From NCBI RefSeq assembly GCF_018350175.1, contig NC_058383.1, forward strand, positions 5,830,001 through 5,894,000: 64,000 nt of DNA. The letters are read 5' to 3'. Below are positions 48,988-59,482 of the stretch, in pieces. Below the pieces are notes generated by a model, which did not search any database, was not told the DNA's origin, and saw only the letters and a list, made by a program, of their open reading frames with translations. The stretch's first letter is position 1; each line of letters opens with the position of its first letter. The stretch is from Felis catus (taxonomy: Eukaryota). The translations under genes were made by a program, and so were the position numbers.

Positions 48988-49182
48988 GGGGCACCTGGGT
49001 GGCTCAGTTGGTTAAGTGTCCGACTCTAGGTTTTGGCTTAGGTCACGATCTTGTGGTTTAAGAGTTCGAGCCCTGCATCAGACTCTGTGTTGGTAGTGCA
49101 GAGCCTGCTTGGGATTCTCTCTCTTCCTCTCTCTCTGCCCCGCCCTTGCTCTCTCAAAATAAAGAAAGAAACTTAAAAAAAT
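48988..49182 (+). mobile_element. SINEC
   Basis: GGGGCACCTGGGTGGCTCAG head, CT tract, tail. Confidence 0.93.
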
Positions 49183-50871
49183 ATATTATGAAAACAAATA
49201 TAAAGTGGATTGGATACTCCAAGTTCTAAACATTTTTTTCTGCTCCTCCCCTCAGTCTGCACCGTTACTCCTTTTCTATCCAAATCGGCATATAAGCTCG
49301 TTTGCCCCAGATGACTTGGGGACAGAGGAAGGGTAATGTCTTCTGAGAAGATGTTCGCCAACAGTTCTGAAAATGGGGCAACCAGAAACTTTCTCCATTG
49401 TGGTTGGTGCCCATGCCCCATCAGTCTTGTGAGAATGTTCTCGTGTGTCAAGAAAATTTACCAAGGCTGTTTACAATGATATAGATGCTCAGTTATAAAT
49501 CAGACGGAATGGAAGAGCTTAGGGTGGCCCATCCCCGGTCCCCATCCCATTTACTCAGGACAACCTCCCCGTTTCTGCCTAGTGATGGCGGCTGGCATAC
49601 GAGACAATCTGCCTCTTCCTCTGCTGCTTCACTTACCAAGTTTAGGGGGTAACTACCCACCCTGTTATGGTCCATGATAATTTAGTTCATTTACACCATT
49701 CTCTTCCCTGCTTTCCTGCCTCTCCCAATGGGTGATGGTTATATTCTTTTTTATTCTTGTGTTGGTTCCCTGAATGGGCTCTTTGAACCTCAGGCGGGTG
49801 TGCCAATGACTGGGCTCCCTTTGAGGGTAGAGGGAAGGTCGGCCCCAGAGTCCTGTTGGAGAAAGGCAGTTCTGGGCACAGGGTCCCTCTCTCCTAATGG
49901 CCCCGTGGTCTGCCTTGGATTGAGTGATAGTTTTCTTGAGCTGTGAGGGGCAGGTGCTGGGAAGGGAGCTGGTGGAGGGCACACAGAAGTAGGTGTTTCA
50001 TAACCACCCCACTCTTGATTTCTCTCTTGCTCCCAGCCTCCATCAGGTCTGGAGTGCCCCCACACTGGATCCTGCGTCTGGGCTTCCCCCCCATTTCACC
50101 GTGCCACGTGGTCCCATTCATTTCCTTATCTTCCAGAAACCCGCTGACGTTTCTCATTCACCGATAGCCCTCCCTTGTGGGTACACTCCTATATTTCTCT
50201 CCTTTATTCAGTCTGTCTCGTCAACAGGAAAACCACATCAGCCTTTTTAACAGGTCTCGAGATGCCAGATGGAGGCCTGAGCTCGGCGGCCAGAGCTGCC
50301 CTGGGCAGACAATCCACAGAGCCTGAGCATGATCGGCTGCCTGGGCTTTCTGGGTTCCCTTTATAGATGTTCCAGACAATTCCATCCATCCTCAACTTTG
50401 CCATGGTTTTAAGACAATTGCTCAACCCGGGGCAGTTTGTGGGGGTAAAATGGTGGAGATGAGCAGGCTGTTGGGTCAAATCAACCCACGCGTCTCCTGT
50501 GAAAATGGTCCTTGTGCCCAGGAACGGACATATTTCTGCCAGCCTGGTCATTCCGGGGCGACCAGTTCCTGGGGAGCCGAGTGAGGGTTTTGAATGATTC
50601 CAAAAATCTCTGTAAACGCTTTCTATCTGTGAGCCCCATGAGAACCCCACGTGGTTTATTATCCCGAAGCTGACCCACGGATGTGGAGGGTGTCTGGACT
50701 CACTCAAGGGCTCCAGACTGACCTCCGGTGTTGAGGTCTGCCCTTCGAGCATATGCCTCGGCATCCCCCTCTTGTCCTTGTCCAAACTTGGGGGGTGGTC
50801 ACAGACAGCAGATCATATTTGGGGTATAATTGGTTTGTCCATTTCATCTACCTTTTTTTCCCTCCTTCAGG

Positions 50872-51270
50872 TGTCGTTATGGGTTGAATTGTGTCCCACG
50901 TGCCCCCACCCCCCACCCCATTCCTCTGTTCTAACCTCTAAGGATCTCAGGATGTGACTATTTGGAAATAGGTTGTTTGTAGATGATTGATTTAAAATGA
51001 GGTCATTAGGATGGGCCCTAATCCAATAGGACTTGTGTCCTTATGAAAAGGCGAAATTTGGACACAGAGGCCCCCCCCAGAAGGAAGACAATGGGAGGGG
51101 GAGGACACAGGAGAAAACTGCCCCTGTGGGCCAAGGAGAGAGGCCTCAGGAGAAGCTGGCCCTGCCGACCCCCTTGATCTGGGGCTTCTAGACTCCAGAA
51201 CTCAAGGACGATAGATTTCGGCTGCGGGAGCCACCCAGCCTGTGGCTCTTGGTTACGGCAGCCCTAGGAA
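50872..51270 (+). mobile_element. MLT1B-type LTR
   Basis: TTATGGGTTGAATTGTGTCCC..AAAATGAGGTCATTAGGATGGGCCCTAATCCAATA..GGAGAGAGGCCTCAG. Confidence 0.88.
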
Positions 51271-52544
51271 AGGAGTGTGGATTGTAAGCAGGAAAATGGA
51301 TTCTCTGCATTTGCTTGGTTTGAAATTTTTCAAGGGCCATGCAGGAAGCTGCACTACAGTCTCTTTATAAAAGCTGATTATCACAGAGGGTGCTCGGTGT
51401 TGCAGAGAGATATCTCTGCCTCCCAGATGGCCTCTGAGCCCCCATCGGGCTCCACGCCCCCAGCCACAGACCCACCGGATAAGCTCTGAGTCCAGAGAGC
51501 AAGAAGGTGCCAGGGGCCACCTGATGGGGGCAGAGAGGTGCCAGGAGGAACCGGCCATTTGGGACTGACTGTAGTCTGTGGGATCTGAAAGCCAGGATTT
51601 TAAAATGAGGCTGTTTATATATTTCCTGACGACTTCCTCCCAGCTCTCCTGAATCACCTGGTAAAGTCCTGTGAAAGGGCGAGCCTTCCTCTGTGGGCAG
51701 AAGGAAACTAGGTTTTCATCCGCACCTGCATTGTTCTGGGGAGCATTCACCCCCAGGAGTGCTCCCCAGGGGCCAGCAGGGGACGGCATCCCAGGGCGCA
51801 GTACAGAGCTGGGAAAGGTCCAGGCCGGACTTCCCCCTCCCCAGTGCCCCCCACCCCGCAGCTCTCTAGCTCCCATAGTAACTAGAAATGGGCCCAAGGG
51901 ACTCCTTCCCCAAACACCCTCGGGTCCTTCACTCGGGTCTGGCGCACGGCGGGACCCGTGTCTGTGTGTGGACTGGGTGGGGGTGTGCAGGCCGCTTCAT
52001 CCATCCACATCTGAAGGCCGTTTTGCAAAACGCACAGTTTGGGCCTCTCATGGGGCAAATACTACCACCCAGGAGTGTTCACTTGGTTGCAGGTGTTCAA
52101 TCAGCGCTCACTGGCACGGCCCTGTAGGTGCCTCCTTGTGCACCCAAGTGCCAGTAGGCCGACGGCAAGGAGCAGTTCTCAGCTGCATTAGGACATTTCT
52201 TCTTTCTCCCTTTTCCTTTCTCTGGATGGGATTACAGCTGCTTCTGCCAGCGTCCCCAGATCTCGTGCCAGGTGCTGCAGACTTCGAGGCTAATTGGGGC
52301 AGAGCCTTATCGGGTTGCACGCTGCCCGGACGTGGTCTTGGACAAGGGCACGCGCTCGGAGATTAAATTCTCCACGGCGACACAGCCTGTCTTTCCTGGG
52401 AGCGTACGAGCTTCTGTCAACACTGGCACCCTCTGATCGGATCACCAGGGCTCTGCTGCTGAGTCTGGGGGGACAAGGACAAGGAGGTGACACAGGGCAG
52501 ACCTGACACACCCAACTCAGGTGCTGCCCTCCAAGGCCTGCCCA

Positions 52545-52720
52545 CCTCTTGGGGAAAGACTGCAGGCTTGGGGTGAGAAAGTCTTGGGTTCGAATTCTTC
52601 TCGTCCTCCTGGCTTGGTGACCCTGGTTGGTGTGTCCTTTTACCTGCCGAGCCTCAGGGAGGGGAGGCACCGGGCTGTGGTACAGATGCGGCGTGCGGAG
52701 GCAAGGAAAGCAAATGTTTT
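52545..52720. mobile_element. MIR-like fragment
   Basis: TGGGTTCGAATTC....CTGGCTTGGTGACCCTGG...GAGCCTCAG. Confidence 0.5.
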
Positions 52721-52769
52721 CTCATGTTGGAAAGAACCCTGCATGAGACTGGTGAAGGAGCTGGGTGCC

Positions 52770-54450
52770 GGCTCTGTTCTATGTGCTTGGGAGACATTAG
52801 TGAACCAGACATCAGACATCCCTCACTCGTGAGTTGACATTCCAGCGGGAGAGAGACAGTAAACAAAAAGCAGAATACATCTGGAGTTTCTGTATCCGGC
52901 TAGAGGAGTGAAGGGTTATGGAAAAAGGAAAAGCCCAGCCAGGTAAGGGCTGAGAGTGTAGCCAAGTCGTGTGGGCTGAGTACTAGGGAGGAGTTTCGAT
53001 ATGGAATAAGGCTGTTAGGGGAAGCCTCAGAGAGTGGGCAGCATTGGAGCAAAGACTTGAAGGACACCAGAGAAGTAGCCAAGTAGAGATCCAGGGGAAG
53101 AGCATCTGGGCAGGGAGACAGTCAGTGCAAAGGCCCTGTGGCAGGAGTGTGCCTGGTGTGTTTCCACAGCTGCATGGTGGCAGCTGAGGGAAACCACTGA
53201 AGAATTTGAGTTTTTACTCTGAATGAGAGGGGGAGGCACTGCAGGGTTTTGATAAAAGGAATGGCGTTACCTGCCGTAGGGGGAGGCAAGGACATAGCCG
53301 GTTGACCAGTTAGCAGAAGGCCATAGTAATCTAGGCATGAGATGATGGTGGCCTGGACCAGGGTGGTGAGAAGTGATGCTTTCCAGATGTATTTTCAAGA
53401 GTATTTCCAGACAGATTGGATGTGGGTATGAGGGAAGGGAAGAGTCAGACGTGACTGAAGACCTTGGCTGCCACCAACAAGTGTGGGCAAGACCTTGTGA
53501 GGAGAGGTTTGGGACGGAAAGTCAGGGTTAGGGCTTTGGGAAGGTTGAGTTTAGATGTCCACTGGACAATTCCTAGCAGGCTGCTGGACAGGAGTCTGGA
53601 CTTTGGGAGGAAGATCCAGACTGGGGATGTACAACTGGGAGTTGTCTGTCTATGGATGAAATTTAGAGCCAGGAGACTGAACGAGGTTAAGGGAGTAAGG
53701 CCATATGAAGAGGAAAAGGAGGCTGAGCTCTGGGGCCCTTCTCAAAGTCAAAGAAGTCAAAGAGAAGAGAAGGAACAAGCCCATGGTGCAGAGAAGCCAC
53801 CGGTGAGAGTTGGGACTGTGAGCAAAACAGGGGTCACTGTTGACCTTGACAATGGTGATGGGCTGGTGTGTCCTCCCCAAACTCATACAGGGAAGCCTTA
53901 ACACCCTGGGATCTTGGGACATGACTATTTGGGGGCCTTTAAAGGGGTGATTATGGTAGAATGAGAGGTGGGCCCTAATCCAGTAGCACTGGTGTCCTTG
54001 TAGGGAGATGTGATTAGGACACAGATATGCATGGAGGGAGGAGCACGTGAGGACATAGAGAGGAGACTGCTGTCTACACCCCAAGAAAGAAAGGCCTCAG
54101 AAGGAGCCAACTCTGCTACACCTTGCTCTCAGACTTCCAGCCCCAAGAATCGCGAGAAATAAATGTCTGTTGGCCAAGCCCCCCATCTGTGGTACTTTGT
54201 CACCGTGGCACCAGCAGACAAATCCCAAGCACCTCGGGGGAGAGGCTAGCAAATTCTAGCCAGGTGGGCTTAAGAGAGCAGGGAAGAGGGAACCCTTCCA
54301 AGGGTTTTACCGCCAATAAAAGCAAAGACAAGGACTGTAGCTTTCAAAGGAAGTGGGATCAAGGACTTTTTTTCTTTAAAGACATTTCTTTTATGATTTT
54401 AGGTGGGAGGCATAACAGCTTGTTTTTATGCTGCTGGGAGTGGTCCAGTA
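52770..54450 (-). mobile_element. L2 (about 1.2 kb of fragments) split by MLT1
   Basis: CAGTGCAAAGGCCCTGTGGCAGGA, GAGATGATGGTGGCCTGGACCAGGGTGGT, ATTGGATGTGGG, TTGAGTTTAGATGTCC. Confidence 0.78.
53853..54222 (+). mobile_element. MLT1A/B LTR inside L2
   Basis: TGTGTCCTCCCCAAA.CTCATA..GGTGGGCCCTAATCCAGTA..GGCCTCAGAAGGA.CCAAC..CAGACTTCCAGCC..GAGAAATAAATGTCTGTT. Confidence 0.87.
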
Positions 54451-54766
54451 GACGTCACAATGCGATGACGATGCAGGACGGTCGTTGCTGGAGTGACGGC
54501 AAGGCTGGTGGAAGGGGGAGGGGAGTCTGTGCCCAGAGGGCGGTGGGACACAGAGAGGCCTCCTGGCAGTTTGTGGGGACAGCTCCTTAGGCAAGTGGGA
54601 TGAGAGAGGGGCCTGTCTAGCTTGTCTCTGCCTTTCCTTGTCTCTGCCTTTCCTTGTTTCTGTGCTGTTTCACGTCTGCAAGTTGTAGAAAGCTGATGAT
54701 GATGCAGTTGATTCTTGTCCAGCGAAAAGCAAGCCAAGTGTGTCTACTGGAGGGCAGAATATTGCT

Positions 54767-54778
54767 GCCGCCATTTTG
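54767..54778. promoter_or_regulatory. YY1 consensus site
   Basis: GCCGCCATTTTG (= CAAAATGGCGGC) in unique sequence. Confidence 0.45.
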
Positions 54779-56099
54779 CGTCTGTTTGCAAATCAGTGTC
54801 TGCCTTCCTTGTGTGATTCTTTCAATTCTCTTTCAAACCACAGGTCCTATCTCACTGATTCCCTCATTAACTGATGAGTTCAGTAAGATCTTTGACACAC
54901 GTTTATTTTATATTTGTATGAGAGTCAGTATTTTACCTCAACGATCCTTTCTCACGACACCGATAAGACAGTAGGTATCTTTGCATATTCTCTTCTGATG
55001 GGTTTGATTTTTCCCATGATAACCAGAGCTCTAAAGTGGGTCCCTTTCTAAAACCCTCATCTGGGAAGTGATGGGTGACAGGAGGGGGATATGGGCCACC
55101 TGGAGGGACCCTGTAGGTGTGCCAGCCAGGCAATGGCCTAGCCTTTCCAAGGGTGACAGCTCCCTGGACCTGCGTGGATTGCAGGGAGCTTCATTCCACC
55201 CCTGGCTGCAGGCCTACTTGGCGACACTGTCATTTTTCACCTGGAACCCCGCCCCCCACACACACACAGGAGTTTGCTCCCCCTTCACTCCCACCAGCCC
55301 AGAAATGGCCAAGTTGATTTATTCGTGTCTGCAGTTCTGATGGGGGAGGGGGCCTCGTTGTGACCCCAAGGGAACAACGCCTCCCATTCGAAGGTCTGGC
55401 CTAAGGAGAAATGGCAGGGGAGGGGGCTGCTCCAGGACAGAGGAGCACTGAGCTCAGCTCCCAGCCCACTTCCCTTCCAGGACTCCCTCTGGGACCCACA
55501 TCTGACTCAAGTCTGGGAGGGGAGTGATATGCTGAGCAGAGGGCCTGCTTGGCAAGGGCAGGGTTCTGACACCACCCCCCGGCCTCCTCCCGAAGCCTGG
55601 GGCCCCCTCACTCCCCTCTCAGTGGGCACCCCGCTCTGCCAACTATCCGGGTGTGCAAGGTCATAAATTTTGGTCTTGAGGTTCTGGGTTCTGGGTGCAA
55701 GTCCAAGCTCCTTCCTCCCCAGACGGACGGCCTTGGTGGAGTGTCATCTCTAAGCTTCCACTTTCTCCTCTGAAAGCCAGGCATGGAAGGAACCCGCCTG
55801 TCTGGCTGCCATGCAGATCAGGGCTCTGAAAGGGCCAAGCTCCCTCCTGCACTGCCCCTGCCCCTCAGCCTGTTATGGGCCCCTTCTCCAGGGAACGACC
55901 CAGAGGCTCTGGTCTCGCTGTGTTCCCTGCCAGGGGAGAGGCAGCTAACTGCTCGCTGTGACGCCACACCAGTACAGGACCAGGAACTGGACTTTCCCCT
56001 TGGAGCCTGGGGCCAAACTCTGTCCCCCACCTCGACTTCCTCTGGGGATCTTGGTGTGACCCTTTTGCCACGTATAAAGATGCCTCAGTGCTCTAGAAT

Positions 56100-56233
56100 C
56101 TGTATATATATGTACATATATGTACATACATATATATGTATGCATATATTTGTGAGACGTATATATACATATATAATGGATATATGTGTATGTATGTATA
56201 CATATATGTATGCATATACACACACACATATAT
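56100..56233. repeat. (TA/TG/CA)n low-complexity tract
   Basis: Mostly alternating purine-pyrimidine. Confidence 0.9.
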
Positions 56234-56419
56234 TTGTGGCCTACTTTTCCAGTCTCCAAAACTCTATTCAATCTTGCAGGTTTAGACCAAATGCTGCCTC
56301 CCACAGGCAGCCTTACTGGGTTGCTCACAGATTGAATTGATTACTCTCTCCTCTGCAGCTCAAATCCTGTTCCCCTCCTGACTGCATTTAGACGTTTAGA
56401 TTGTTTCCCCTATTAGGCT

Positions 56420-56565
56420 TATTTATTCATTCAATCATGTTTCATTCATTCGTTCATTCATTCATTCGGCTGAGGTTTACTGAGCACCGTCCATGCACAA
56501 TGCGTAGGCCCTGGCCTCGGCCTGGTGTCCAGGTGTAAACGCATCAAGTCTCTGCCTTCAGGTGC
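56420..56565 (-). mobile_element. L2 3' end with (TTCA)n tail
   Basis: TTCATTCATTC..TTTACTGAGCACC. Confidence 0.75.
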
Positions 56566-58001
56566 CTGTATCCTCGGCAGGTTTCTGTTCCCAGCACTGA
56601 GGGCCTGCCTGCCAGGTAACAGGTGTTCGGTAAACAAAGGGACACTGTGAGCCCATTTGCCCAAACTTCCTGCACTTAGCACACCCTGTTTGTTTCGATT
56701 TTAACTGCACCTTTGCTAACGCACACTTTAATTAACATTCTTGGGCCCACTGCACATTCTTCCTCCCTCTGTGGGAGAGCTACGGCTTCGTGACAGGTTG
56801 CAAGTTATCACATTCTTGGGAGACTCCCGCTGCTCCGGCCTGGGTCCCACACTGGCCTCAGGCCCTGGGCAAGCCCCCGCCCCTCCCTTCCCAGCCCTGC
56901 CGTCCTTCTCTGTGACCTCTGAGCAGATGAGGGCAGTGGGCTTGCTGGAGCCTGTCCAAGGGGTGTGGCTGCCAATGCCACCGCCAAAGTCCTGCCCCTC
57001 TCCCTGGTTTCGGGCTCCCATCTCTGGAGCCAGCTGTGCCCTGCAGAAGCAGCGTGTGCCTGACAGGGTTAAACCAGGCAGCAGCGTCCTGTGCTCTGCC
57101 CCGTGGGTGACGTTGTGTCCCCCAGGGGCCCAGACGCCCCACAGCGATCCCACCCTCAGAAGAAGAGTGGCGGGGGCTGTAGACATAGGTGCCCATGGTG
57201 GCGAGCATGTCACACCTTCCTGTCCCCGCTTCTCAGGATCAAGCCAGGTGCAGGTCGGGCACCGGGTTCTGGCCCCTGGGGTCCATCACTTCACCCTCCC
57301 CGACCAGGCCTGCGGCTCCTCCTGGGGAATCCTCTCCCACCTTGCCCTACCGCACCATCTGGGTAGAAAGGCAGATCCGGGCAGTAGTTAAGGGGCGTGC
57401 AGTCCCCGCCCCCCCCTTCTGGACTAGCCGTTCACTTTCTGTGAGCTTTGCATCTGGAATGGAATGAGGAGGCACGAAGAGGTGTTGGGGGCGCTCACTA
57501 ACCCACACCGGGCTCGCTCAGGGCAGACAGCTGACTAGTTTGTGCTGCTCAGAGGCCTGGCCCTTCCCGATTCCTCCTCCTCCAGACTTCCGGTGTGTTT
57601 TCTCATTCCTGCCAGCCATGCGTCCTGGTACGCTGGCTGGAGGCAATGGTCACTGGGTCATCCGAGAGTGTCCATTCAGAGCATCTCGACGTGATCTCAG
57701 GAGAGACACGCTGCTCTGGGTCAGCCGGCAACCGTGGCTGAGCTTACTCTCATCCTTCCGGGGTCTTCCGTGGGAGGGACACAGGAAGCCTTCCTAAGAA
57801 GACACTTACTACCCCTGAACTTCCATTCCCACTATGCTGGCCAGTGTGTCGTGCCTGCTGGTCACCATTTAGCGAGAGTCCACTTTGTGGCAGGCCTTGA
57901 ACATGAGCAGGCACTGAATGCCCGTTGAAGAGGGAGCAGACTGAGGTTTACGGCGGGGAGGGAGGCCACGGTTTGCCTGAGGTCACAAAGGAGAGATGGG
58001 C

Positions 58002-58208
58002 AGAGTGCCAGGGTGGCTCAGTCGGTTCGGCTCAGGTCATGATCTCACAGTTTGTGAGTTCGAGTTCTGAGTTGGGCTCTGTGCTGACAGCTCAGAGCCT
58101 GGAGCCTGCTTCAGATTCTGTGTTTCCCCCTCTCTCTGCCCCTCCCCCACTCATTCTCTCTCTCTCTCAAAAATAAATAAACACTAAACAAATTAAAAAA
58201 CAAAAAAA
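58002..58208 (+). mobile_element. SINEC with internal deletion
   Basis: GGGTGGCTCAGTCGGTTCGGCTCAGG; body and tail; TSD ACAAAGGAGARAT. Confidence 0.92.
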
Positions 58209-58449
58209 CAAAGGAGAAATCGGCTCCAGGTGACCCAGGGCACAGCGGTGGCTCTCTCCTCCTCACCACGTGAAAGGGTCCCTTTCACCATGGGTTCCAA
58301 GGGTGTGTGAGGCCACTGATCTGAGGAAAAGTGTGGGGACAGGGACAGTTAGCGCCGTCCTATTCCTCCCTTCTCCCCGCCTCTGCCTCCTCTGAGTCCA
58401 GGGGAAGATCAGAGGCGCCAGAATGCTCTGGACCTAACGGCAAAGCAGC

Positions 58450-58887
58450 CTATGCTGGTGTCCTGGGGCTGCCCTAACAAAATTCCACAAACCGGTAGCT
58501 TAAAACAATAAAAATGTATTATCACATAGTTCTGGAGGCCAGAAGTCCAGAAATCCAGCTGTCTGCAGGGCCATGCTCCTCACCCCAGGCTCTAGGGGAG
58601 GGTCCTTCCTGCCTCTTCCAGCCATGGTGGCTCCTGGCAGTCCTGGGTGTCCCTTCACTGGTGGACACATCACTGCAGTCTCTGCCTCTCCTTTCATGGC
58701 CTTCTCTGCGTGTCTGTGTCTCTCTTCTTTTAAAGACACCATCCCGTTGGATTTAGGGCCCGTGCTATTCTAGTAAGACCTTAATTATATCTGAAAAGAC
58801 CCTGTTTTCAAACAAGGCCACATTCTGAGGTTCTGGGTGGGCATGAACTTCCAGGGTGGTGGTGGGGACATTCTTCAGCCACGACAT
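58450..58887 (-). mobile_element. MLT1C LTR
   Basis: GGGCTGCC.TAACAAA.TTCCACAAAC..GCTTAAAACAA..GTTCTGGAGGCCAGAAGTCC..TTCCTGCCTCTTCCAGC..TTGGATTTAGGGCCC. Confidence 0.88.
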
Positions 58888-59469
58888 GGCCCTTCTGAGC
58901 AGGAAGCCAGCACCATCAGGAGTGCACAGGGAGGGCCAGCCGGTTGTGTCCCTCTCATCACAGCCACCTGTCTGATCTGCCCAGGGCCCTGAAGCTCAGT
59001 GGCACGTGACACACCGGAGGCCCTGGGGTCTGGCCAAGGTCAACCCCAGAGTCCTGCTCAGGTCTGTCGTTCCAGACCTCTGTCTCCCCATAAAATGATA
59101 GGCCTCTTCTGAAGCACATGCCCTCATCTGGGTCCTCAGGCTGCCCTGCGTCCAGGCGAGCAAGGCTGCAGGCCCCTGGGGCCCGGCGTGGCATTTCGTA
59201 AACAGAGCGTGACATTCGGAGGCAGCTCTGCAGCCTCTGGGGCGGCGGTTCTGTTTTCTGACGTACAAATTACCGTATTGTTGCCAATATGAGTTGTAAA
59301 CACAAGTAAGCCCCGGATCACAAATCCATTTTTATTAAAAAATACAACTCTCAGTGTTGGGAGCCCATTTTTCACCAAATGAGGCATATGACCAATCCAA
59401 TCGAGGGAGAAAAATCAAAGGCAACGCTTCGCTTCGCTGGTCAGGTAGGACCCCAAACACACGAGTGAA

Positions 59470-59482
59470 GGTCAAAATGACC
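59470..59482. promoter_or_regulatory. Perfect estrogen response element (GGTCAnnnTGACC)
   Basis: GGTCA-AAA-TGACC, preceded by A (AGGTCA half-site). Confidence 0.5.

Larger units (their letters stand above)
48100..50860 (-). mobile_element. Highly decayed ERVL-class (or Gypsy-like) internal gag-pro-pol relic
   Basis: Minus-strand peptides in retroviral order: gag-like (CPGLS..AKLRMDGIVWNIY..NP; DLMEAGSKREIKSGVVMKHLL), protease-like FLDTR (49441-49455) and LVAPFSE, pol C-terminal-like GEGETLWV (48262-48285). Confidence 0.55.

Noticed and set aside
51253..52366. Long ORFs (214 aa minus, 231 aa plus)
   Set aside because: Pro/Gly/Ser-rich with no recognisable domain, overlapping on both strands; expected by chance in GC-rich DNA
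56100..56233. Self-complementary TA-rich hairpin (miRNA-like)
   Set aside because: Pairing is a trivial result of (TA)n/(TG)/(CA) low complexity
56741..57391. 216-aa ORF
   Set aside because: GC-driven open frame with several equally long alternative frames
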